Below, piece after piece: positions 17,284 through 27,100 of a stretch of 32,000 nt of DNA (positions are counted from its first letter, which is position 1; each line of letters opens with the position of its first letter). The notes beneath the pieces are model-generated. The model worked only from the letters and a program-made list of their open reading frames with translations, searched no databases and was not told the DNA's origin. A program made the translations under genes and the position numbers. Source of the DNA: Acaryochloris marina S15 (GTDB taxonomy: Bacteria; Cyanobacteriota; Cyanobacteriia; Thermosynechococcales; Thermosynechococcaceae); contig NZ_CP064923.1 of assembly GCF_018336915.1 (NCBI RefSeq), forward strand, positions 3,780,001 to 3,812,000. The letters run 5' to 3'.

Positions 17284-18350
17284 AGCACTATTCGAGGAAA
17301 AGCCTGAATCAGCACTCGCCTCAAGAGACCTCAATTTCTTGTAATGGCTTTACTCTCATAGAACTATTGGTTGCAGCGGTCATCACCAGTTTGGTGGTTA
17401 GTGTCGCAGGATTTGGGGTGATTGCGGCGACCCGAGCCAATAACCGCACTGAAGCGATTGCGGCTAGACGTCATGACTTAAGTCGAGCGTTTGATTTCAT
17501 TAGCAATGAAATTAGGATGGCCAAACGCATTAACCAATCTCAAATGATCAAGGCAACCGATGCCTCTTCTATGTCTAGCGTGCTGACCAGTGCAGGGTTG
17601 AAGGCTTCGGACTGGAGTAACCCCGTTCTGTACTTAGAAATTCCCATCACCTCTCAAGTTCCAGCTATTTGCCCTGCCGGTGGCCCCAATGCGGGTTCTC
17701 CTCCGCCTCAACCCGCGACCTATGATCAGGTGGTGTATGACATCCGCCCTAGTACTCAAGATTGGCTTGCGCCTAACTCGATTCAACGGTATGGCCGTGT
17801 TCCCAGAAGTGATGGCAGTATCGACCCCTGTAGTAATCCCGTTGCTAGCGATACCTTAGTGGATGCGATCGCAGAGCAAATCGATACCACCCCTACTTGC
17901 CTTGCACCCGGTGTAATGATGGGCCAAGGGGGGTTTCAGGCCTGTGTAAAGGGCAGTCAAGTTGATTTAATGATGCGGAGTAAAATCTCTGATGTAGAAA
18001 TTCATCAATTGAGTAGTAGGGCAACCTCCCGAACAATCTCTAGCCAACCCATCAATAGCCAGCCCATCCCATTTCTAACTGCGACTCAACAACCTGGTAC
18101 CAATCAGATCGAATTGAACTGGCAGTGGTCTGGTGCTTTGACTGGCGTAACCTTTGAGGTGAATCAAGAAGTCCCCTCAACTGCTCAGAAATCCCAAATT
18201 TACACCGGCTCGGATATTCAGAACGTAACTGAAATGCAAGGATCTGCAGGAGAAAAACATTGCTACACTGTCATCGCCAAGGTGGATCAAACCACCAGCC
18301 CTGAGAGTAATAAAGTCTGCTTTATACAGGTCGCTAATTCAGTCTATTAA
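17280..18350 (+). CDS. prepilin-type minor pilin (PilW-like, tentative) with C-terminal FN3-like module
   Basis: The ORF track starts this gene at 17253. I prefer the ATG at 17280, which has a GGAGGAG RBS (17271-17277) and overlaps the upstream TGA as ATGA (17280-17283). The class III signal is ...ISCNG|FTLIELLVAAVITSLVV, with Glu+5. Confidence 0.8.
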   Translation: MKHYSRKSLNQHSPQETSISCNGFTLIELLVAAVITSLVVSVAGFGVIAATRANNRTEAIAARRHDLSRAFDFISNEIRMAKRINQSQMIKATDASSMSSVLTSAGLKASDWSNPVLYLEIPITSQVPAICPAGGPNAGSPPPQPATYDQVVYDIRPSTQDWLAPNSIQRYGRVPRSDGSIDPCSNPVASDTLVDAIAEQIDTTPTCLAPGVMMGQGGFQACVKGSQVDLMMRSKISDVEIHQLSSRATSRTISSQPINSQPIPFLTATQQPGTNQIELNWQWSGALTGVTFEVNQEVPSTAQKSQIYTGSDIQNVTEMQGSAGEKHCYTVIAKVDQTTSPESNKVCFIQVANSVY

Positions 18351-18621
18351 TTTGGCTGGATTGTACAGTTTTAATTTTTTACTAATTTAATGAAAAAATG
18401 ATTTTGAGGATGGGTAAGTACACCTAGCCTCAAATGAATCATGGGAATACTAATAGGGACTATTGTATTCAAAAAAATCAATATCTGGATAGTAAGGATA
18501 AACTTCTCAAAAAGATCAGGGATATTACTGAAGGTGGTCATAAAACAAGGGCAATACAATTAAGTTATACACAACTCATACATCCCGTTGTTGTCCCATT
18601 GTCTCTTCCCCTTTAATCTCC

Positions 18622-18966
18622 ATGGTTACCGTTGACGACATTACTGGTTTTTTTCTGGATAATTCCTCTGAGGCTAGAAAGGTTACAAAGTACGATTTTA
18701 AAGGGGTTCCAGTCATTGAGTCATGGTCAGGTTTATGTAAAAACGGGAGAGTCATCATCAAAGGTCGTATTCATAATCATGAGAAGTATCCTCAAGGCGT
18801 CAAGATTAACACCTCAAGTGTCACAGGGTATTTTTCAGAAAAAGGTCATGTTTATGTTACGACTAAGAATTCGATCTATGAACTTGGTAATCCTATCAAT
18901 GAAGTGGAACTTTTGATTAATTTTTCTGAGTTTCAAGATCCCAAGAAAGTGACTGTGTGGAACTAG
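18622..18966 (+). CDS. hypothetical protein (orphan ORF in AT-rich stretch)
   Basis: 114-aa ORF with no obvious RBS and no family I recognise. Its amino-acid composition looks protein-like (beta-rich, G/K/N/V). It lies in a visibly AT-rich segment. Confidence 0.35.
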   Translation: MVTVDDITGFFLDNSSEARKVTKYDFKGVPVIESWSGLCKNGRVIIKGRIHNHEKYPQGVKINTSSVTGYFSEKGHVYVTTKNSIYELGNPINEVELLINFSEFQDPKKVTVWN

Positions 18967-19588
18967 ATTGAGCAGGCTTTTTATATCACCTTCAAAAAAA
19001 CCTGAGTTTCCTAAAAGTGCATCCCCAGAGTCTAATGAAATCAATCAAAAACATCTTTAGGCTAGCTCTCTCCTGGGCTTAATGAAGTTTTTGGGGTTGA
19101 ATTCAGAATAATTCCAAGTTCCTGCAAGCCAATCTGAAACCAAGATTCTTGTGAACCTAATATTTCTCAAGACGCTTCTGCTCAAAGGTTTCCAGTGCTT
19201 TTGAATTACAGCTGGTCAACTTGAAACAGTCTTGGCCCTAGGGATTAACTACGTTATTACCCATCTCTCTAAAACTCATAAACAACCTGAGCTTGGCATC
19301 AGCTGAAGTCCTAATTCTTAAACCTAGACCAAGACCTGGATGCTTCCGTAAACACACTTAAAAAAAGGTCTCATCCCGAAAAATAGTACCTGCTCTAGGA
19401 GCCACTCTAGCCGAGATAGCTATTTAAGAAATTGAATACAACTGATAGAGAATCATAATGAATAAGCAAAAATACTTAGCTCATTCATGATAGACTAATT
19501 CAAATGATTAAATTAATTTAGATTGATTTTAATCAATACTTGCTGCCTATAACGTCCAGAACAACATCATTTGATTAAAGGTGTGTAA

Positions 19589-19798
19589 ATGTTTAGTGGT
19601 TTCTTTCTGGCGATAGCTTTTGTCTGTATCACTCTCGCCATCAAACTGAGAAGAACTGAAGAAGTCCATGCTGTAGCGGCTAGTTGTGCAGGTCTCTTGA
19701 GTAGCATGTGCAGTTTTGTCTTAGCTCCTCCTTCTGCTCAACTGGCAATGACGCTAATGATGGTTGGCATCGTTCGGTGGTTGCCGCTACGTCTCTAG
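19589..19798 (+). CDS. hypothetical small membrane protein (2 TM)
   Basis: 69-aa ORF with AAAGG 8 nt upstream of the ATG and two hydrophobic segments. It lies 97 nt upstream of chlD. It could be spurious. Confidence 0.3.
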   Translation: MFSGFFLAIAFVCITLAIKLRRTEEVHAVAASCAGLLSSMCSFVLAPPSAQLAMTLMMVGIVRWLPLRL

Positions 19799-19895
19799 GC
19801 TCTATCACCATTTGAGATGAGCCAACATTGATGACAAAATCTGGGAGCAACACCTTTGAGGCATGGATCTTGGTATTCTGAAGGTCTGAACGCCA

Positions 19896-21956
19896 ATGAA
19901 ATCTTCTATGCCAGTTGCTGTACCTCCCAGAAAAATAACCACCTTTCCCCTCACCGCGGTGGTGGGCCAAGAAGCGATTAAATTGGCATTGTTACTCACG
20001 GCTATTGATCCAACCTTAGGTGGGGTCGTTATTGCGGGTCGGCGGGGAACAGCAAAATCGGTCATGGCTCGAGCAGTTCATTCCCTCCTGCCGCCCATTG
20101 AAGTGGTCAAAGACTCCATTTGCCAAGGCGATCCAGAGGATACTTCTGCTTGGGATGATGATCTGTTGGCCAGTCTAGAAGCTGGAGACATTCCGATAGT
20201 GGATGGTCAACCACAACCCGAAACAGAAATTATTCCGACCCCATTTATTCAGGTGCCTTTGGGAGTGACTGAAGATCGGTTAATAGGGTCCGTTGATGTT
20301 AGCCAATCTGTGAGGCGAGGAGAAACGGTTTTTCAACCCGGACTCTTAGCTGAAGCCAATCGAGGTGTTTTATATGTGGACGAAATTAACCTCCTCGACG
20401 ACCAGATCTCTAATTTGTTGCTGACCAGTTTAACGGAAGGTCGGAACCAAATTGAGCGAGAGGGGCTTAGCTTCCAACATCCCTGCTCTACCATTTTTAT
20501 TGCCACTTACAATCCCGAAGAAGGCCCCCTGCGAGAACACCTGCTGGACCGTATTGCCATATCCCTCTCTGCAGATCAGGTTTTAGGTCTTGACATGCGA
20601 GTCCAGGCGGTTGAGCAGGCTACTGCCTATGCCAATTCTCCCCAGGAGTTTTTAGAGCAGTATGCGGATGAAACCGATGATCTAAAAACTCAGATCTTGC
20701 TGGCGCGGGAATGGCTAAAGGATGTTCAAATCCAGCACTCCCAGATTGTCTATCTTGTAGATGAAGCCCTCAGGGGCGGAGTACAGGGGCACCGCGCCGA
20801 ATTATTTGCCGTTCGTGTTGCTAAGGCCCATGCGGCTCTCAATGGTCGTTCAGAAGTCACTGCGGAAGATTTACGGCGTGCCGTTGAATTGGTGATTGTA
20901 CCTCGGGCAACCGTTATTGACGCCCCACCTCCTGAGCAACCTCAACCCCCACCTCCACCGCCCCCTCAGCAAGATAATTCCGATCAGTCGGATCAGGAGG
21001 AGGAAGAAGAGGATGATCAGAATGAGGAAGATCCACCCGAACCGGAGGAGCCCCCCAATATTCCTGAAGAATTTGTATTCGATCCGGATGGTGTTGTTCT
21101 TGACCCCCAAGTCTTGTTTTTTGCCCAAAATGCTAGCCGACAAGGAAAATCGGGCAGCCGGAGTATTGTCTTCTCGGAAGATCGGGGACGCTATGTCAAA
21201 CCCATGTTGCCCAAGGGAGGCGTTAAACGGATTGCTGTTGACGCCACGCTGAGAGCGGCGGCTCCCTACCAAAAGGCGCGACGGTTGCGCCATCCGAATC
21301 GACGAGTAATTGTCGAACAGTCTGATGTCCGTACCAAACGATTGGCCCGTAAAGCAGGGGCATTGGTCGTGTTTGTGGTGGATGCTTCAGGTTCTATGGC
21401 CCTTAACCGGATGCAGTCGGCAAAAGGGGCCGTGATGCGCTTATTAACAGAAGCTTATCAAAACCGAGATCAGGTTTCTCTGATTCCCTTTAGAGGAGAA
21501 CGGGCTGATGTTCTCCTGCCTCCTACTCGCTCTATCGAAGCAGCCCGCCGTCGTTTGGATACCTTGCCCTGTGGCGGTGGATCGCCTTTAGCCCACGGCC
21601 TTACCCAAGCGGTTCGGGTGGGTATGAATGCCCTCTCTTCTGGAGACATTGGCCAGGTTGTATTGGTTGCGATTACGGATGGTCGAGGCAATATTCCCTT
21701 GACCACATCCTTGGGTGAACCTCCTGTAGATGGGGAGAAACCCGATATTAAGGCTGAACTATTAGAAATTGCAGGACGCATTCGAGCCTTGAATTTGAAA
21801 TTATTGGTGATTGATACCGAGAATAAGTTTATTTCCACTGGGTTTGCAAAAGAGCTGGCCCAAAATGCAGGTGGGAACTACTATCACTTGCCAAAAGCGA
21901 CCGATCAAGCCATCGCCGCAGTGACTCAAGATGCCATCAGTAACTTGACGGGTTAG
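19896..21956 (+). CDS. chlD: magnesium chelatase subunit D
   Basis: 686-aa ORF. It has an N-terminal AAA+ ChlI-like domain ([18 protein letters not shown]...[13 protein letters not shown]), a Pro-rich and acidic linker ([36 protein letters not shown]) and a C-terminal vWA domain with MIDAS (VVDASGSM). Confidence 0.95.
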   Translation: MKSSMPVAVPPRKITTFPLTAVVGQEAIKLALLLTAIDPTLGGVVIAGRRGTAKSVMARAVHSLLPPIEVVKDSICQGDPEDTSAWDDDLLASLEAGDIPIVDGQPQPETEIIPTPFIQVPLGVTEDRLIGSVDVSQSVRRGETVFQPGLLAEANRGVLYVDEINLLDDQISNLLLTSLTEGRNQIEREGLSFQHPCSTIFIATYNPEEGPLREHLLDRIAISLSADQVLGLDMRVQAVEQATAYANSPQEFLEQYADETDDLKTQILLAREWLKDVQIQHSQIVYLVDEALRGGVQGHRAELFAVRVAKAHAALNGRSEVTAEDLRRAVELVIVPRATVIDAPPPEQPQPPPPPPPQQDNSDQSDQEEEEEDDQNEEDPPEPEEPPNIPEEFVFDPDGVVLDPQVLFFAQNASRQGKSGSRSIVFSEDRGRYVKPMLPKGGVKRIAVDATLRAAAPYQKARRLRHPNRRVIVEQSDVRTKRLARKAGALVVFVVDASGSMALNRMQSAKGAVMRLLTEAYQNRDQVSLIPFRGERADVLLPPTRSIEAARRRLDTLPCGGGSPLAHGLTQAVRVGMNALSSGDIGQVVLVAITDGRGNIPLTTSLGEPPVDGEKPDIKAELLEIAGRIRALNLKLLVIDTENKFISTGFAKELAQNAGGNYYHLPKATDQAIAAVTQDAISNLTG

Positions 21957-21963
21957 GCCTGGT

Positions 21964-23424
21964 TTACGACGGATCAGGTGAGTTACTTCTGAGAATGATT
22001 TGTTGGTCTTTGATAGCGATGAGCTCAATGGCCAGTGGGCCTGCGGTAAGTACTGTTTTAGGGGTAATGGCAATAATCTCGACAGGGCCTTGATCGTTCC
22101 GATCTTTCAATGCCAAAATGAATCGGAATAGATCAACCTGTCGAAAAGTACCAACGGTACCCGTCAGGGGATCCGGTAAGAAGCCTGCAACGATAGCTTG
22201 CCGATTGACGACTCTTAATAACTGCTCAATTTGAAGTAGGAGTTGCTCATCACTCATCTGAGCTGGCTGGACGGCAATTCGGGCGATTCTAGTATCGGCT
22301 TGGTAAATGACTCGATTCGCAGCCAGTTGAGGAACGACAAAGATGGCTCGTTCTCCTTGTAAATAACTGGCAGCCGCTAGAATTTTGACCACATAAGATT
22401 TCCCATCCCCGATCCGAATGGCTAACCGCTCAACATCGGACTGGCGCATTTGCACAACCTGCTGCCCATTTGGAAGGTCTTCTAGGTTGGACAAGGAAAT
22501 CGCACTTTGACGAGCCTGCGTCAGCAACGTGTTGATAGCTTGTAAGGCATCGGTTTTGGAATTGATGTCTTGAATCACCGCTGAGGCCAAGACTTGCCCT
22601 GTTCGAATGGCAATGGTGCCTCGACGTAACCCCAACAGTAAAAATTCGACATTTTTCTCTAGGCGGTCTCGATTGACTTCCAGGGCCTGAACGTCTTGTT
22701 GTAGCTGTTGACGTTGTTGATTGGCTGCTAGAAGCTCTTTACGCCCTTTCGTAATGGTTGTGGTTAATTCCTGCTTTTGAATTTCGACTTGGCTTAGTCG
22801 CGTTTGGGCTTCAGTAATCGCGGTTTCGAGTTGCCTTTTTTGAACATTCACTTGTTTGAGTCGAGCCTCAGATTGGTTGCGCTGAACTCGAAGGTTGTTT
22901 TGTTCTGTGCGAAGGGATTGAATTTGCGATCGCAACTGCTTCGCTTGTCCGGCGAACTTCGCAATCTCCCGTTTGGACTGGAGAAACCGGCGTTGGGTTT
23001 GTTTGAGTTGGCGCTCGATCCGCTTTTCTCGGGCAATCGCTTTTACCAAAGAACGATTGGCCGTCTTCAAGCGTTGCCGGGTCCGACTGAGGCTAGTTCG
23101 GGATCGAGCGAGATCGACCTCAATGGAGTCCTTCTCAGCCTGGGTCTCAGCCAGTTCCTTCTGGACAATACGACTCCGTTTCTGGATGTCATCAAACCGA
23201 AAAAGGGCATCCCGAAACTGCTGGCTAAAGGCAAAAACAATCCCCAAGGTGAGGGCAGAAATCACCGCACCCGTCATGATCGTAATGACAATGGCAGTAT
23301 TTTTGGGACGGAGGTTGAATAGACTCAGGCGCGCTTTGCCCACCTTCGAACCAATCCGATCGCCCAAAGTTGCGATCGCACCGCCCAAAACAATAATGAC
23401 AATAACCAGAAAGTAACCCAGCAT
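21964..23424 (-). CDS. conserved cyanobacterial coiled-coil membrane protein (DUF3084-like, tentative)
   Basis: 486-aa ORF with an N-terminal TM helix, GDRIGSKVGKARLSLFNLRPKNTA, a second TM helix, and then about 200 aa of Q/R/E-rich coiled coil. The DUF assignment is from memory. Confidence 0.7.
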   Translation of the reverse strand: MLGYFLVIVIIVLGGAIATLGDRIGSKVGKARLSLFNLRPKNTAIVITIMTGAVISALTLGIVFAFSQQFRDALFRFDDIQKRSRIVQKELAETQAEKDSIEVDLARSRTSLSRTRQRLKTANRSLVKAIAREKRIERQLKQTQRRFLQSKREIAKFAGQAKQLRSQIQSLRTEQNNLRVQRNQSEARLKQVNVQKRQLETAITEAQTRLSQVEIQKQELTTTITKGRKELLAANQQRQQLQQDVQALEVNRDRLEKNVEFLLLGLRRGTIAIRTGQVLASAVIQDINSKTDALQAINTLLTQARQSAISLSNLEDLPNGQQVVQMRQSDVERLAIRIGDGKSYVVKILAAASYLQGERAIFVVPQLAANRVIYQADTRIARIAVQPAQMSDEQLLLQIEQLLRVVNRQAIVAGFLPDPLTGTVGTFRQVDLFRFILALKDRNDQGPVEIIAITPKTVLTAGPLAIELIAIKDQQIILRSNSPDPS

Positions 23425-23449
23425 GGAAACCCTTGCGAAATATAACGGG

Positions 23450-23845
23450 TTAATCCAGCAGATTCTCTAAACGACGACGAATTTGATCTAAGTTATTGAC
23501 ATCGGCATCCGGTTGATCAGCATCAGACTGATCGGCTTGCCAGTCTGTTTTGTCGACATTAGCCTCTGGCGGCACAGCAAGGGAGCCCTCGGGAATTAAT
23601 TCCAGTTCTAAGCCCGCACTGTCGCAAAATGCCTCAATCTCTTCTTGATCAAATCCCTCCACCGTGGCTGCTGGAAAATCTTGAGCTTCCAGCATTAAGG
23701 CAAAGCGAGTGGCGTCGTCTTCCTCTTCAAAAGCCAGTACTACATCTTGTGTATAACTGCCTTCATCGGTGGAAACCTGCTTTTGTAAGGAGTGAATGCC
23801 CTCGTTCTCAGTTCCAGCATTAAATAACAAAACAAATACGCGCAT
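23450..23845 (-). CDS. DUF3110-like small acidic protein (tentative)
   Basis: 131-aa ORF starting MRVFVLLFNAGTENEGIHSL, which I recall as typical of the cyanobacterial/plastid-lineage DUF3110 family. It lies 25 nt upstream of the DUF3084-like gene on the same strand, so an operon is likely. Confidence 0.7.
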   Translation of the reverse strand: MRVFVLLFNAGTENEGIHSLQKQVSTDEGSYTQDVVLAFEEEDDATRFALMLEAQDFPAATVEGFDQEEIEAFCDSAGLELELIPEGSLAVPPEANVDKTDWQADQSDADQPDADVNNLDQIRRRLENLLD

Positions 23846-23894
23846 GATCCTGAGTTGAAATTAGATAGACCTTTGATCGACCACTAGAGGGTGC

Positions 23895-23923
23895 TGAACA
23901 AGAATAGCATTTACCTCTATAAT
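23895..23923 (+). promoter_or_regulatory. sigma70-type promoter candidate for tamB-pgsA (TGAACA-N17-TATAAT)
   Basis: Hexamers read directly at 23895-23900 and 23918-23923 with a 17-nt spacer. This would give a leader of about 240 nt before the tamB ATG. There is no experimental support. Confidence 0.3.
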
Positions 23924-24169
23924 CGTTTTTTGTCTGGACAATGATTATAAGGCTACCCCATGGTGTGTCATGCTCAATCTTGCTCGGGGGACAGAATATC
24001 TGAAGAAGGTCACTTTGTTCAAATCAGTTTAATTCTGCTGTGCGTTATATGTTGTTGAGGAACTAACCCCTAAGAAAGCCTTCTGTAATAAGGTTACAGT
24101 GCATTGATTCAGATTTTGAGTTAAAGGGCCCACTCCTTATTTGTCAACGGTACCCCTCTGAGGGATGTC

Positions 24170-27100
24170 ATGCCCCAATCTTCCCCTCCTGGGCAAGCTT
24201 CTCGTCCATCTCCTCCCCATCGACACTTTACTCGTCTTCACTTTCTGCTCATTGTAGTTGGGTTGCTACTGGCTGCGATCTCAGGTGTGAGTTGGTGGGT
24301 GCTGCGATTTATTGATGAAGACTTAACTCCCCTTGTTGCCAAAGAACTGAGTAAAACCTTAAATCGCCCGGTCAAGATTGGAGATGTTCAAAATTACTCC
24401 CTCACCCATATTCGTTTTGGACCTTCAGAGATTCCTGCTTGTTCGCCCCAGCAGGGTTGTGCGAAGGAAGATGCCGACTCCGCAAAAATGGAAGCTGTAG
24501 ATATCCGGTTCAATCTGTTGCCAATCTTATGGAGTCGCAAGCTGCATCTAGATGCAACACTGATCAAACCCCATCTGTACCTTGATCAGACCCAGGATGG
24601 GGAATGGATTGCCACTCGACTTCGCTCTGGCCCTTCGAAGGCTTGGATAAAAGTCAAACTGAATCAGCTGCGGGTGCAGCAAGGAACAGCTCAGATTGAT
24701 CCTGCCAAAATCGAGACTCGACAATTAAGCCAGCTCAACGGCACCCTCAATTTCTCGAACCCTGAAACCCTATACTTCAATACCACAAGCCAGGTGGACT
24801 CAGGCGGTACACTCTCGATGAAAGGGGCTTGGCAATCCCAACAGCAGCAGCTAGAAGTCAATGCCAAAGCGGAGGATCTCGTTGCTGCCCCCTTGATGGG
24901 CTTGCTACCAAAGCTCCCTTTTGAAATCAACAAAGGACAATTAAATGGGCAATTTCAGGTTAAAGTGCGTCCCCAACAGCCTTTAACCATTCATTCTGAT
25001 GCCACCTTATTCCAAGGGGATATTTGGATTCCCAAGCAAGCCATTCGCGTCCAAGCCAATAACATTCGCACCGATGTCCGCATCGAAGTGCCCATTCAGC
25101 GTCCGGTTGAACTGAAAGGCGAGGCTTTTGTAGAGGGCGCAAGGGCAGATGTCCCTGAAGATTTACTTCTAGATAATCAGCGTCAACAACCTCGCCGCTT
25201 ATCCCAGCTCCAGGGCAAAGTTGATTTCCTGGGGCTAAAACAGCGATTTCGCTTTGATCTTAAAGGGCGAATGGGGCAAAGTGGCCGTCTGCAAGCTAGG
25301 GGCGTAGCCTCTTTTTTAGAGCAACAGTCCAACATGCGGCTGCAGCTTCAGAATCTGCCAGCGCCTCTGTTTGACCAAGCCTATCAACTCCCCATGACTG
25401 TTGATTCGGGTCAAGTGAGTGCCAGCATCCGAGTCAATCTCCGCCCAAAACAGCGTCCCGATGTCCAAGGGACTGCCCTCTTAAAACGGGTTGAGATGGG
25501 GATAGTTAATGTCCCTCAACCTTTTCGGCGGGTGAGAGGGTATCTGCGCTTTAAGGGCATTGCCGTTCGTCTAGAAGGACTTCAGGGAGACTATGGGCAA
25601 ATCCCCATGCAGGCCACTGGCTGGATTGATCCAGATCGCGGATATCGTTTGGTGGGGAAAACGGAGTGGGTTGCCGCTCAACCCATGCTAGAAACCCTCC
25701 AAGTCACAGGTTTACCCTTTCCCGTTACGGGCAAGTTTAAGGGGGATAATCTTCGATTTGATGGTGCAATTGATCAGCCGATTTTCTCTGGTTCAATTCA
25801 ATTAGCAAAGCAACCTAAGGTTGATCGGGTGCCGTTTAAGCAGCTCACGGCTAAATTTCAATTGGCTGATGCCCTGCTAAAAATGGAGAATATCGAGGCC
25901 GAAACAATTGTAGGGGGACGGTTTCGAGGGACGGCTCGCTTTGATGTTCAGCCCGGTGGACAGTTGTTAACCCAGTTGGAGGCTAGCGAGATTCCCGGGA
26001 ATGCGATCGCACAGTTCTACCAAGCCGATCCCGGTTTTCCCTTGGGGCCCCTCCAAGGTCAAATTAAGATATTTGGCCCCCCAGAGGATATACGCACTAA
26101 TGTAGATTTTCAGGCCCTGAAGGGACAATTCCCGACCCGAGGGAATATTCTTATTCACCAAAGCATTGCTCAACTCAGGCGGATTGTCACTCAGGTCCCT
26201 GGGGGGGAACTACGGACCCAAGGCCAGATTAAAGATAATCAGGTTAACGTAACAACGATGACCCCCGGCGTGACCCTGAAGGCTTACTCCCCTGACACAC
26301 GGGGACTTATGACTGGGCAACTCAACATTACGGGTCCCTTCGATGGTTTTAGTGTCAACACAGTCAGAGCCCAGGGAAAGGCTCGCTTCTCTGATGGAAT
26401 TGCCATTGTCTATGACCCGATTGCAGCCCAAATTCAATGGGATGGACAGCAGATCTTGGTGGATCAAGCCACTGCCCCAGGTTTTTGGTCCCAAGGTCAA
26501 GTGGGACTGGACTTTGATTCGCCTCAAGGTCCTCAGCTCACCACCCTCAATCTCGCGGTTCGTTCTCAAGGGTACGATTTAGGATTATTTCCTCCCTTTG
26601 GCCCCACACAAGTCAAAATGGCGGGGCGGGCTAACCTAGTCGGTCAACTCACAGGCACTATCGAGGATCCCTACCTAGACTCTACGGTACAAATTAACAA
26701 CCTCTTGGTAGGAGGGGTTCCCTTTGAAAACACGCTCAAAGGCAAAATGCAATATGGGCAACAAGCCAAGTTAGATTTGCGGGTATCAGGACAGCGTGAT
26801 CGCATCAATCTCGCATTAAATTCCAATCAATTGCCCACATCCTTTGATATTCGTCGTGATCAAGCCTGGGCGATCGGTAAAACTGAACAGGGTAAGCTCA
26901 ATCTCGATTTCCAGGATGTTCCCCTCGCTGCCTTAAACTGGCAACCTGTTGATAATCTCGGACCGCTTTCGGGTCTCTCTTCTGGTGAGTTTTCTCTTAA
27001 CCCTACAACCTATGTAGGTGCTGGAACTCTTACGGTGAAACGCCCTGCCATTGGCAAGTTAGTCGGAGATCAATTTTTAGGTAGGTTTCAACTCACCAGC

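Noticed and set aside
3939-18350. Functional link between kaiABC and the pilin locus about 6 kb away (the clock controls competence pili in S. elongatus)
   Set aside because: The two are separated by five unrelated genes on both strands. Proximity alone is not evidence, and no shared motif was seen.
20871-21293. 140-aa minus-strand and 118-aa plus-strand ORFs inside chlD
   Set aside because: They are shadows of the Pro/Glu-rich linker region of chlD. The repetitive composition keeps alternative frames open.
22804-23416. 172-aa and 147-aa plus-strand ORFs
   Set aside because: They are antisense to the coiled-coil region of the DUF3084-like gene. Biased Q/R/E codons suppress stops on the opposite strand.
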